64,000 bases of DNA, taken from positions 64,001-128,000 of the forward strand of contig CANMWZ010000003.1 in the NCBI GenBank assembly GCA_947501605.1. The letters run 5' to 3'. The notes beneath the pieces were generated by a model. The model did no database searches. It worked only from the letters and a program-made list of their open reading frames with translations, and was not told where the DNA came from. Both the position numbers and the translations under genes were made by a program. Positions 45,640-54,992 of the stretch are shown in pieces; the first letter of the stretch is position 1, and each line of letters begins with the position of its first letter. The DNA comes from Planctomycetota bacterium (lineage in GTDB: Bacteria; Planctomycetota; UBA1135; UBA2386).

Positions 45640-46656
45640 ATGTCGCGCATTGCCCTCCTGATCGCCGCCCTCCTGCTCGCTAGTTGCGGCCTGTTCCGCA
45701 CCGACGACAGAGCTTCCACCACCCCATTGCCCAGCCCCATGGTGGAGACCGCGCCAAAGGCGCAGGTCAGGATCCCCTATGCGCTCGCGCGCTGCATCGT
45801 CAGCGGCAAGATGCTTCTCGAAGACGCGGTGACGTTCGTGGTCGACGGCCGCACGTTCCGCACCTGTTGCCCGAAGTGCCAGCAGACGATCGAAGAGGAC
45901 CCGGAACTCTGGGGCCATCAGGTCGATGCCGCCACGATCGCCGACCAACTTCGCGACTACCCCCTGGGCACGTGCCTCGTCTCGGGCAAGCCGCTGCCCG
46001 AGTCCGCCGTCTCAGCCCTTTGCGGCTCGACTCTCGTGCGCCTCTGCTGCACCGGCTGCAAAGCCCGCTTTGAAGCCGAGCCGACGCACTATCTCGCGCG
46101 CCTCGACACTGCGAAGTGCGTCAGCTACGGCACGGCCACCATCAACACGACGAACTGGACGCCCAAGCAGACGACCCAGTGGATCCAGGATCAGTTGCCG
46201 GACTACCCGCTCACCAATTGTCCGATCTCGGGCAAGCCGATCGATGAGAGTGGCGCCCCCTACGACATCCTGCTCGACGGTACGCTGGTTCGACTGTGTT
46301 CTGAGAAATGCGCCACCAAGGCCGAAGCTCGCGCTGCGGAGATCGCCACGGCGGTGCAGAGCGCGGCCTTCGCCCAGCAGAAGGCCGAGTATCCGTCGAG
46401 CCAGTGCGCGGTATCGGGCAAACCGCTTGGTGACCGCGCCAGCTCGACCATGCTTGGCACGACTCTCGTACGGACCTGCACGTCCTCGTGCATGAGTCAC
46501 CTCGTCGACAATCGTTCGGCACTCGTCGCGACCTTGCGCGCGGCGCGCATCGAAGCCAGAGTCGCCACCAAGCAGAATTGCTGCAACACCGGTGGCACTT
46601 GCTGCTGCGCAAGCGAGGACTCAGCGCCTGCCTCGGACGGCAGCACCGGCAAGTAG
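45640..46656 (+). CDS. lipoprotein with four YHS/TRASH-like Cys-rich repeats
   Basis: Lipobox LLASC; four Y(P)xxxCxxSGK...C(C/S/T)xxC units; Cys-rich tail. Confidence 0.8.
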   Translation: MSRIALLIAALLLASCGLFRTDDRASTTPLPSPMVETAPKAQVRIPYALARCIVSGKMLLEDAVTFVVDGRTFRTCCPKCQQTIEEDPELWGHQVDAATIADQLRDYPLGTCLVSGKPLPESAVSALCGSTLVRLCCTGCKARFEAEPTHYLARLDTAKCVSYGTATINTTNWTPKQTTQWIQDQLPDYPLTNCPISGKPIDESGAPYDILLDGTLVRLCSEKCATKAEARAAEIATAVQSAAFAQQKAEYPSSQCAVSGKPLGDRASSTMLGTTLVRTCTSSCMSHLVDNRSALVATLRAARIEARVATKQNCCNTGGTCCCASEDSAPASDGSTGK

Positions 46657-46788
46657 CAGGGTCGCGGACGCGGTGTCGACTGCGGACGAAGTACGACGGA
46701 TCCAGCACCTCGGTGCCGTTGGCTCACGGTGCGCTCGGCGCCCTCGCCCCGCAAACGCCAGCGTAGCCCGTCCTCAATCGGTGGCTGC

Positions 46789-47619
46789 TTACGGCAGGAA
46801 GCGGCGGACGTCGTCGTGGAGGATGGCATTGCTGGCCAGAATCCGCCCGCCATAGAGCCAGGCGTCGCCGCCGTCGATGTCGGTGACCCGCCCCCCCGCT
46901 TCGCGGACCACGATCGCGCCAGCGGCGACGTCATACGGGGCCAGATCGAACTCCCAGTAGGCGTCGTAGGCCCCGCGCGCGACGAAGCAGAGGTCGAGTT
47001 CCGCCGATCCAAATCGGCGCACATCGCGGCAGTGCGGCATCACCCGTCGCAGGCGCTCGATGTTGTCCACCGCGCCCTGCTCATCGCGACGATAGGCAAA
47101 GCCCGTGGCGAGGAGCGCGTCGGCGAGCTCGCTGGTCGACGACACCCGCAACGGTGTGCCGTTGCAGGTCGCGCCGAGACCAAGAGCGGCTGAGTAGGTC
47201 TGCTGTAGGACGGGCGCATGCACGACACCCACCACTGGCACCGACCGGTAGGCGAGCCCGATCGCAACCGCGAAGAACGGGAGTCCGTGCACAAAGTTGG
47301 TCGTGCCGTCGAGTGGATCGACGATCCACGTCCAGTCCGACTGGCTGCTCTTCTGACCTTGGACCGTGAGCACGCCCTCTTCGGCGAGGACGGCGTGGTC
47401 TGGATACTGCTGCAGCAAGCCGCCGACGACCACACGTTCGGTTTCGCGGTCGGCCTCGGTCACCAGTTCGCGGCGGAAACTCTTCGACCGGGCGCTGCCG
47501 CGCGCTGCCTGCAAGCGCAGCAGCACTTCGCCCCCTTGGATCGCGAGCGCGCTAGCTCGGGCGCGCCACTCGGCAAGCTGCTCTGCCGTGGCCGGCACCG
47601 CGATCGTCCGATCACCCAT
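46789..47619 (-). CDS. suhB: inositol monophosphatase (SuhB-like)
   Basis: LVTEAD, AEE, WIVDPLDGTTNF.HG, LATGF.Y, RR.GSA.LDL..VA.G..D.YWE..L.PYD.AAG. Confidence 0.85.
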   Translation of the reverse strand: MGDRTIAVPATAEQLAEWRARASALAIQGGEVLLRLQAARGSARSKSFRRELVTEADRETERVVVGGLLQQYPDHAVLAEEGVLTVQGQKSSQSDWTWIVDPLDGTTNFVHGLPFFAVAIGLAYRSVPVVGVVHAPVLQQTYSAALGLGATCNGTPLRVSSTSELADALLATGFAYRRDEQGAVDNIERLRRVMPHCRDVRRFGSAELDLCFVARGAYDAYWEFDLAPYDVAAGAIVVREAGGRVTDIDGGDAWLYGGRILASNAILHDDVRRFLP

Positions 47620-48985
47620 CCGAGGCGCCTCGATCGAGCGCCTCGACGATGCGTTCCTGCAGCGTCTTCAGCATCCTGTTGACGCCGTCCTTGCGCGGGT
47701 CGTAGTTCATCAAGATCGCGAACGCGCAACGCGAACCGTCCTTGCGCTGGAGAATGCCCGACAGCGACGAAGCGCCGCGGATCCAGCCGGTCTTGGCTTG
47801 CACGCGGCCGCGCACTGGGCTGTTCTGGAAGCGACCCGACAGCGTGCCGGTCTCGCCGCCGACCGGCAGAGCCGCGAGGAACATGTCGGCGTCGCGCGAG
47901 GCGACGATCTCGCGCAACGCCGTGACCAAGAGCCGCGGCGTCACTTCGTTGCCGCGCGACAAGCCGCTGCCGTCAATCTGAACCAAGGCCTCACCGGCGC
48001 CCCCGAACTTGCCATCGAGCGTCGCACGCACGGCGGCGAGGCCACCTTGGAGACTGCCATCGCCACTCAGTTCGGCACCTAGCACGCGCACCAGTTGTTC
48101 CGCGTCGAAGTTGCTCGATTCCTCCAGCATCCTCACCAAGGCAGGCTGTAGCGGCGTGCGATGCCTGTAGAGCTCCGGAACATCGATCGCGGCAGCGTCT
48201 GCCGTCACGCGAATGCCGCCTTGCGCGAGCGCCTGGAGCACGCCGCGCTCGAACCACGGCAACGGATCGCGCACCGCCGTCTGGGTGACGACCTGGGTCG
48301 AACCCTTCCACATCTTGCCCTGCACGCGCAAGCGGTCACCAAGATCCATCGCCCCATAGACCGCCCCCTTCTTGGCCGCGACCACCGCGATGCTGCCGTC
48401 CACCGGCATGTCGAGGAAGGGAGCGACCAGGAGTGCCTCGGCAGTGGCTCCCGCGGGGCGGACCTGCAGCCGAAACGTCCCTTGCTCGAGCACGAAGCCG
48501 CCGGTCGGAGCGCAGTAGTAGGTGTCGAGCTGGTCCTGTGGCCAGGTCGCCGGCCGCCCGGGACCTGTGAAGACGCCTTGCTGCAGTTCGACCGCGCGCA
48601 CGCTGCGAACACCGCGCTGGATCAGTGCCGAGACCAGCCCTCGCCACAGCGCTTCGGGCCCGTGCTCGGTGCCGGTGATGAGGTTCGGGTCGCCGCCAGC
48701 GTGGACGACGAGCCGGCCCTGGCGCAACTCGAAGCGCGTGCCGAACTCGTAGCTGTGGCCGAGGCCATGCAACACGGCGGCGGCGCTCAGCAGCTTCATG
48801 TTGCTGGCCGGCACGAAGCGCTCGTCCTGACGATGGCGATAGCGCCACGTGCCGTCGATCTCGATCGCGGCAACGCCAGTACGAACCCCCTGGCCCTCGG
48901 CCTCCGCAACGGCGGCCGACATCAGCGCCGCGCTGCGTTGCGCGATCGCCGTCGCAGCACATGCCCAGAGCACAACCGCAGTCAT
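47612..48985 (-). CDS. dacB: D-Ala-D-Ala carboxypeptidase/endopeptidase (PBP4, S13)
   Basis: PASNMK (SxxK), GGDP, SSN..AE (SxN), DGSGLSR.N and AKTG. Confidence 0.92.
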   Translation of the reverse strand: MTAVVLWACAATAIAQRSAALMSAAVAEAEGQGVRTGVAAIEIDGTWRYRHRQDERFVPASNMKLLSAAAVLHGLGHSYEFGTRFELRQGRLVVHAGGDPNLITGTEHGPEALWRGLVSALIQRGVRSVRAVELQQGVFTGPGRPATWPQDQLDTYYCAPTGGFVLEQGTFRLQVRPAGATAEALLVAPFLDMPVDGSIAVVAAKKGAVYGAMDLGDRLRVQGKMWKGSTQVVTQTAVRDPLPWFERGVLQALAQGGIRVTADAAAIDVPELYRHRTPLQPALVRMLEESSNFDAEQLVRVLGAELSGDGSLQGGLAAVRATLDGKFGGAGEALVQIDGSGLSRGNEVTPRLLVTALREIVASRDADMFLAALPVGGETGTLSGRFQNSPVRGRVQAKTGWIRGASSLSGILQRKDGSRCAFAILMNYDPRKDGVNRMLKTLQERIVEALDRGASDG

Positions 48986-49096
48986 GCGAACGTAGCAGCA
49001 GCCACCCATGGCGGGTTCTTATCGCAGATCCCGCATCGCGATGCCACCGTGCGACCAGCGCGTGCCTCGACCCGCTACACGCAGTAGGCTGCGCCG

Positions 49097-50473
49097 ATGC
49101 GATGGTTCTTGTTCGTCGCCGCTGCGGTCGCCGCTGCGGTCCCTGCCCAGTCGATCCCGCTGCTGCTCGTCAGCGGCCAGAACAACCATGACTGGAGCTA
49201 CACCTCCGCCGAAATCCAAGGCGCGCTCGAAGACTGCGGCCAGTTCGCAGTCACCCGTACGAACAAACCACACCAGGACCTCGGGGCACTCGATCTGTCG
49301 AAGTTTGCGGCCATCGTGCTCGACTACAACGGCGACCGCTGGGGCAGCGACGCCGAGCGCGCTTTCCTGGCTGCAGTAGAAGGCGGCACAGGCGTTGTCG
49401 TCGTTCACGCAGCCAACAACGCCTTCCCCGGCTGGAAGGAGTACGAGGCCCTGGTCGGGCTCTGCTGGCGCGACGGCACTGGCCACGGCGCCTATCATCC
49501 CTTTGCCGTGCATGTCGTCGACGCTGCCCATCCGATCACCCAAGGCATCGATGACTTCCACATGCATCCGGACGAGCTCTACCACCAACTCGTACCCATG
49601 CCTGGCGCCGACTACCGCGTGCTGATGTCGGCGTTCAGCGACCCAAAGACCGGCGGCACGGGACGCTTCGAGCCAATGGCTACCGTCGCCCACTACGGAA
49701 AGGGTCGAGTGTTCCATACGCCCCTGGGGCACACGTGGACGGGGCAACTGCCCACGCGCGCCACGTGGCGCGACCCTCAACTGCGGCACTTGCTCGCCCG
49801 CGCCACGGAGTGGGCGGCGACGGGAGCCGTGACGCTGCCGCCCAGTGCGCCAAACTGCCTCAGCACCGCGGAAGCGCAGGAGGGCTTTGCGCTGCTGTTC
49901 GACGGACGCACGCTCGACGGCTGGCGCGGCTACCAGCAAAAGGGCACACCGGCGCAGGGTTGGCGCGTTCGCCATGCGGCCATCGAACACCAAGCGCAGG
50001 GCGGCGGTGGTGACCTGATCACCGCGGATCGATTCTCCGACTTCGATCTTCGTTTCCAATGGCGCGTCGAGTCTGGTGCCAACTCGGGAGTCATCTGGCA
50101 CGTGCTGGAAACCGAAGAACAGACCTACATGACCGGACCCGAGTACCAGATCTACGACGACCTCACCGAGAAGCCCGAGCCGCAACACGGTGCAGGAGCC
50201 CTCTACGATTTGGTGCCGAACACCGGCGCCAAGATCCAACCAGCTGGCACCTGGAACGACGGCCGTATCCTGCTGCACAAGGGTCGCGTGGAGCACTGGC
50301 TGAACGGAGTGCGGCTGCTCGACGTCCCATGCGTCGGGCCCGAGTGGGAAGCGATGGTCGCAGCAAGCAAATTCAGGGCGTGGCCATTCGGTCGCGCGAC
50401 CAACGGCCACATCGCCTTGCAGGATCACGGCGACGGCGTCGCCTACCGCAGTTTGAGGATCAAGCGCCTGTGA
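49097..50473 (+). CDS. secreted ThuA-like domain + DUF1080 (3-keto-disaccharide hydrolase-like) fusion
   Basis: Signal peptide; [23 protein letters not shown] and GRVF...GH (ThuA-like); LFDG.TL.GW, NSG, EYQI.D and G.IALQDHG..V.YR (DUF1080). Confidence 0.88.
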   Translation: MRWFLFVAAAVAAAVPAQSIPLLLVSGQNNHDWSYTSAEIQGALEDCGQFAVTRTNKPHQDLGALDLSKFAAIVLDYNGDRWGSDAERAFLAAVEGGTGVVVVHAANNAFPGWKEYEALVGLCWRDGTGHGAYHPFAVHVVDAAHPITQGIDDFHMHPDELYHQLVPMPGADYRVLMSAFSDPKTGGTGRFEPMATVAHYGKGRVFHTPLGHTWTGQLPTRATWRDPQLRHLLARATEWAATGAVTLPPSAPNCLSTAEAQEGFALLFDGRTLDGWRGYQQKGTPAQGWRVRHAAIEHQAQGGGGDLITADRFSDFDLRFQWRVESGANSGVIWHVLETEEQTYMTGPEYQIYDDLTEKPEPQHGAGALYDLVPNTGAKIQPAGTWNDGRILLHKGRVEHWLNGVRLLDVPCVGPEWEAMVAASKFRAWPFGRATNGHIALQDHGDGVAYRSLRIKRL

Positions 50474-51852
50474 GCTCCAAGGAGACAACCGCATCGGTCC
50501 TGCTGATCGAAGACGACGACAGCTTGCGTCGCGTCTGGAGCGACGAGCTGCAGCGGATGGGCTTTGCCGTGAAGGCGCTGGCTCGTGCCGAACCGGCGCT
50601 CGATGCAGTGCGCCTCGAGCCACCCGACGCCATCCTGCTCGACCTCAATCTGCCGGGAATGCCTGGCATGCAGGCGCTGGAGAAGCTCCTGGCGATCGAC
50701 AACACCCTGCAGATCATCGTCTGCACCGGCCACGGCACGGTGCCGCTGGCGGTCGATGCCATGCGCCGCGGCGCGATGGACTTCTTGGCCAAGCCCGTCA
50801 GTCTCGACGTGATGGAGCAGACGGTGCGTCGCGCGACCGGGACCGCCTCGCTGTTGCAAGAGAACGCCCGGCTGAAGCGAATCACCGCATCGGCCGCACC
50901 GGTCGGAACGATCACGTTGAGTCCCGCGTCGCAACGCTTAGACGCCACCCTGCAACGCGTTGCGCAAACCCAACAGACGGTGCTACTGCTCGGCGAAAGC
51001 GGCACCGGCAAGGAGCTCGGCGCACGCCGGATCCACGCGCTCGGACAACGGGCGCACATGCCGTTCGTCGTGATCAACTGCGGTGCGATGCCGCGGCACT
51101 TGATGGAGAGCGAACTGTTCGGCCACGTGAAAGGTGCTTTCACGGGCGCCGAACAAAAGCGCCTCGGACTGTTCGAAGCCGCTTCGGGTGGCACGATCTT
51201 CCTCGACGAAATCGCGGAGTTGCCCCTCGACCTGCAGCCGGCCTTGTTGCGCGCCGTGCAGTTTGGTGAGATTCGGCCGGTGGGCAGCGATGTGGTTCGG
51301 AAAGTCGACGTCCGCGTGATCGCAGCCACCCACCGCGATCTCCACGCGATGATCCAGAGCGAGCGCTTCCGCGAGGACCTCTACTATCGTCTCGCCGTGC
51401 TCGAAGTGAGAGTGCCGCCCTTGCGCGAACGCACCGAGGACATCGGCGAACTTGCTCGGCTGTTTCTCGGCCAGCAGAACGCCCGCAACGGCCGCACCCT
51501 CATGCTGTCGCCAAGCGCCGTCGGTCGGCTCGAGCGGCATCCATGGCCCGGCAACGTCCGTGAGCTGGAGAACGTCATCGTGCGCTTGTCGGTGCTGGCG
51601 GCGGGGCCAGAGCTTAATGCCGCCGATGTCGACGAGTTTGCGATCGGCTCGCGGCCGCAGGCTCAGAGCGGGCCGCTGCCAACTTTGTCCCTGCGCGAAC
51701 TGGAGAAGACCGCGATCCAGGAGGCAATGCGACGCTTCGATGGCAACAAACGCAAGGCGGCCGAGGCCCTCGGGGTGGCACTCAAAACGCTCTACAACAA
51801 GCTGAATGCCTCAGACGGAGCGGAGGACGCCGACGAGCCAGAAGCGCAGTGA
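50470..51852 (+). CDS. NtrC-type sigma-54-dependent response regulator
   Basis: REC domain (LIEDD, LLD..LP, KP), [46 protein letters not shown] and a Fis HTH; GTGA overlap with the upstream gene. Confidence 0.95.
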   Translation: MSSKETTASVLLIEDDDSLRRVWSDELQRMGFAVKALARAEPALDAVRLEPPDAILLDLNLPGMPGMQALEKLLAIDNTLQIIVCTGHGTVPLAVDAMRRGAMDFLAKPVSLDVMEQTVRRATGTASLLQENARLKRITASAAPVGTITLSPASQRLDATLQRVAQTQQTVLLLGESGTGKELGARRIHALGQRAHMPFVVINCGAMPRHLMESELFGHVKGAFTGAEQKRLGLFEAASGGTIFLDEIAELPLDLQPALLRAVQFGEIRPVGSDVVRKVDVRVIAATHRDLHAMIQSERFREDLYYRLAVLEVRVPPLRERTEDIGELARLFLGQQNARNGRTLMLSPSAVGRLERHPWPGNVRELENVIVRLSVLAAGPELNAADVDEFAIGSRPQAQSGPLPTLSLRELEKTAIQEAMRRFDGNKRKAAEALGVALKTLYNKLNASDGAEDADEPEAQ

Positions 51853-51877
51853 GGGCACGGAGGCCGCGCTACCGCAG

Positions 51878-52378
51878 TCAGCCGCGATCCCAGACCCCGG
51901 ACTTGCCACCGGATTTGTGCAGCAGCTCGACGCGCTCAATGCGCGCCGAGCGGCAAGCGCCCTTCACCATGTCGTAGATGGTCAGCGCAGCAACCGCTGC
52001 GGCGGTCATCGCTTCCATTTCCACGCCGGTTGGTCCCGTCGATCGTGCCTCGGTGACGATGCCGATCGCATCCTCGCCGATGGACTCGAAGTCCACCTGC
52101 ACGTGGCTGAGCTGAAGGGGATGGCATAGAGGCACCAGCCGCGAGGTTTCCTTCGCGCCTTGAATGCCAGCAAGGCGGGCAACCGTGAGCACATCGCCCT
52201 TTGGCATCGTGCCGGCCATCACCATGGCGCGAACTGGGGCCAGCATCGATACGGACGCCGCGGCGCGGGCCAAGCGCACCGTTGCGGGCTTGTTCGACAC
52301 ATCGACCATGCGGGCGCGGCCGTTGCCGTCAACGTGGCTGAGCTGTCCTGCCGGAGAATCGTCAACCTCGTCGTTCAC
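51878..52378 (-). CDS. moaC: cyclic pyranopterin monophosphate synthase
   Basis: LSH.D..G.ARMVDVS.K, KGDVL, LVPLCH, TGVEMEA, TIYDM.K and KSGGKSG. Confidence 0.96.
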   Translation of the reverse strand: MNDEVDDSPAGQLSHVDGNGRARMVDVSNKPATVRLARAAASVSMLAPVRAMVMAGTMPKGDVLTVARLAGIQGAKETSRLVPLCHPLQLSHVQVDFESIGEDAIGIVTEARSTGPTGVEMEAMTAAAVAALTIYDMVKGACRSARIERVELLHKSGGKSGVWDRG

Positions 52379-52622
52379 TCGAACAGCGTAGCGGAACGCC
52401 GGAGGGGCAAGGACGATGGATCCAAAAGGACGCTGGCATCGGCTGGCGGCTGCGACGTATAGGTTGCTCCGTCGTCGATTCGGCCTAGTGCAAGGACGCC
52501 CTTCCCTGAGGCACCGGATTCGATCGATCCGCGCACCGGCGTAGGTCGATGAATCCCGATCGGACGAACCGTCGGACCACGTGTCGGACACCCGTCGAAC
52601 CAACCAAGACACCGGAGACCGC

Positions 52623-54962
52623 ATGCTTCGCATCCTGTCGGCCCGCACCCTGTTCAGCCTCTTCCTCCTGGCGACCGCAGCACCTGCGGTGGCCCAGGAT
52701 CTGGCTGGCAAGGTCGCCACGCTTCTCGCCCAGGCGGACGCCGCCCCACTCGACCGCGCCTTTGACTTCGGGCTGCAGATCCTGGACACGACCGACGACG
52801 AACGAACAGACCCGCTGCGGGATGCCATCGTGCACAGCGCGCAGTCGGTCGGCGACCACGGCCGCATCGCCGCCGCGGTCGCCATGCAGAAGTTGAAGGC
52901 CGACGCCACCTACGGCAAGGACATCTTCGACCTGCTGCAGTCCGTGACGACTTCGACCAAAGCCGAGGCGCGGGCTGCGGCGATGGCGCTGCTCGGCGAA
53001 GAGCGGTTCTTCAACACCCGCATCCTTCCCGATGTGCGCAAGGTGCTGGAGGACAACTGCAAAGACGAACTGGTGCCATCCCAGGTTCGAATCGAGGCAG
53101 CGGTGGCGCTCTGGCACACGGGTTCGAGTGCGCAGCGGTCCATCGCCAAGACGGCGCTGGAGCAGTTCCTGCGGTCGACCGATCGGGAGCTGCGCGTCCG
53201 CGGCGCGTTGGCCCTGGCCGATCTCAACGTCGCCGCCGGGGACGCGTGGACCGTTCTCCGCGACATCCAGCTCGAGCCCAACGACCTCGGACGCCGCGCC
53301 CGCCTCTATCTGAAGCGCGAAGAGGAGCGCCGTGAGTTCGAAGCGATGCTGACCAAACTGGTCGAGCAGAAGAACCGTCCCGACCAGATCGACAGCACGG
53401 ACGAGTACCGAGTGCTCACGGAGTTGCGCCAGCGTGTGCACGCCAACCACGTGAACGGCAGCCAGGTCAAGGACGACGAGCTGATCGAGTACGCAGCCAA
53501 GGGCATGTTGCAGGGCCTCGACCCCCACAGTGTGTTCTTCACCAGTGAGGAGTTCCGCAGGTTCTTCTTTGACCTGCACCCCGAGTACGGCGGCATCGGC
53601 GCGTTCGTCAACTTCGACCAGGACAACGATTTCTCCATCATCCGTCCGATCTACTCGGGCCCTGCCTACAGCGTCGGACTGAGGTCGGGCGACAAGATCC
53701 TCGAAGTCGACGGCTGGGAGACCGCAGGCCACACGAGTGAGGACATCATCGGGCGCCTCAAGGGCCGACCAGAGACCCAGGTCTCGCTCAAGGTGTTCCG
53801 ACCGGGCTGGCAGGCCGCGGAGACCATGACCATCGTCCGCCGTCAGATCACCGTGCCGTCGGTCAACTACACGATGTTGCCAGGCAAGGTTGGCTACATC
53901 GAGCTGGTGACGTTCGGGGCGGCAACCTCCGAAGAGATGGAAGTCGCGCTGCGCTCCGTGATGCAGCAGGGCGCGATCGGCATTGCCCTCGACGTCCGCA
54001 ACAACACCGGCGGCTTCCTCACGCAGGCCCGCGAGGTGGTCGAGAAGTTTGTCGCCGGTTCCAAACTCGTGGTCTACACCGAAGGCCCGAGTGAGCCGCG
54101 GCGCGACTACAAGACGCGCAACACTGCCATCTGCGATCTGCCGCTCGCCGTTCTGACAAACAACCTGTCGGCGTCCGCCAGTGAGATCACCGCCGGTGCA
54201 CTACAGGATCTCGGCCGAGCGACGATCGTTGGCCAACGCACGTTCGGCAAGGGGACCGTGCAGAACATGATGGCGCTCGCCAGCGACCCAGGGGAGCGAT
54301 TCGAGGACCTCAATGACGACGGGTCGTGGCAAGAAGGCGAGCCGTACACAGACAGCAACAAGAACAGCAAGTTCGATGTCGGCGCGCACATCAAGCTCAC
54401 GGTGGCGAAGTACTTCCTGCCGAGCGGCAGGTGTACGCACCGAGAGTTCGACAAGGACGGCAAGATCGTGGATCCAGGTTGGGGCGTCACGCCAGAGTTC
54501 GAGATCGAGCTGCTGGAGCAGAAGCCCGAGGACGCGTGGAAGAACAGCGCGGTGTTCGCCTTGCTCAAGAAGGCCGTCTTCCGCGAGTACGTGAAGAAGC
54601 ACCTGAAGGCCAATGAGGAGCTGTTCCGCCAACTCGCCGAGGGCGACGAGGGCAACCCAAAGAAGTACCCGGACTTCGACGCGTTCTATTCGAGCCTCGA
54701 CACCAAGCTGTCCGAGGACGATGTGCGACGGTGGATCCGCTACGAGGTCCGCGATCAGGTCAGCGACCTACGGGGCGCGACCTACCCGGGGCAGCGCGCA
54801 CTTGGAGACCCACAGGAGGACGCACAATTGCAGGAAGCTGTCCGACAGCTGATGAAGAAGGCGGGCAAGGACATCCGCGAAGTCGATGCCTACAAGAACG
54901 TGCTGAAGATCTCGTTTGACGAGAACAAGGCCGCTGCCACTGGCGCCGAGCCGCACAAGTGA
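52623..54962 (+). CDS. ctpA: S41 C-terminal processing peptidase with N-terminal HEAT-like extension
   Basis: GGAG SD; signal peptide; GML..LDPHS, PDZ domain, LDVRNNTGG, SASASEI (Ser) and TFGKG (Lys). Confidence 0.88.
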   Translation: MLRILSARTLFSLFLLATAAPAVAQDLAGKVATLLAQADAAPLDRAFDFGLQILDTTDDERTDPLRDAIVHSAQSVGDHGRIAAAVAMQKLKADATYGKDIFDLLQSVTTSTKAEARAAAMALLGEERFFNTRILPDVRKVLEDNCKDELVPSQVRIEAAVALWHTGSSAQRSIAKTALEQFLRSTDRELRVRGALALADLNVAAGDAWTVLRDIQLEPNDLGRRARLYLKREEERREFEAMLTKLVEQKNRPDQIDSTDEYRVLTELRQRVHANHVNGSQVKDDELIEYAAKGMLQGLDPHSVFFTSEEFRRFFFDLHPEYGGIGAFVNFDQDNDFSIIRPIYSGPAYSVGLRSGDKILEVDGWETAGHTSEDIIGRLKGRPETQVSLKVFRPGWQAAETMTIVRRQITVPSVNYTMLPGKVGYIELVTFGAATSEEMEVALRSVMQQGAIGIALDVRNNTGGFLTQAREVVEKFVAGSKLVVYTEGPSEPRRDYKTRNTAICDLPLAVLTNNLSASASEITAGALQDLGRATIVGQRTFGKGTVQNMMALASDPGERFEDLNDDGSWQEGEPYTDSNKNSKFDVGAHIKLTVAKYFLPSGRCTHREFDKDGKIVDPGWGVTPEFEIELLEQKPEDAWKNSAVFALLKKAVFREYVKKHLKANEELFRQLAEGDEGNPKKYPDFDAFYSSLDTKLSEDDVRRWIRYEVRDQVSDLRGATYPGQRALGDPQEDAQLQEAVRQLMKKAGKDIREVDAYKNVLKISFDENKAAATGAEPHK

Positions 54963-54992
54963 TTGTGCGAGGCGCAAGGTGATGAGCGCGCC

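Noticed and set aside
52379..52622. Moco riboswitch upstream of moaC
   Set aside because: No recognisable conserved elements, and moaC appears leaderless (TACGCT-6-GTG).
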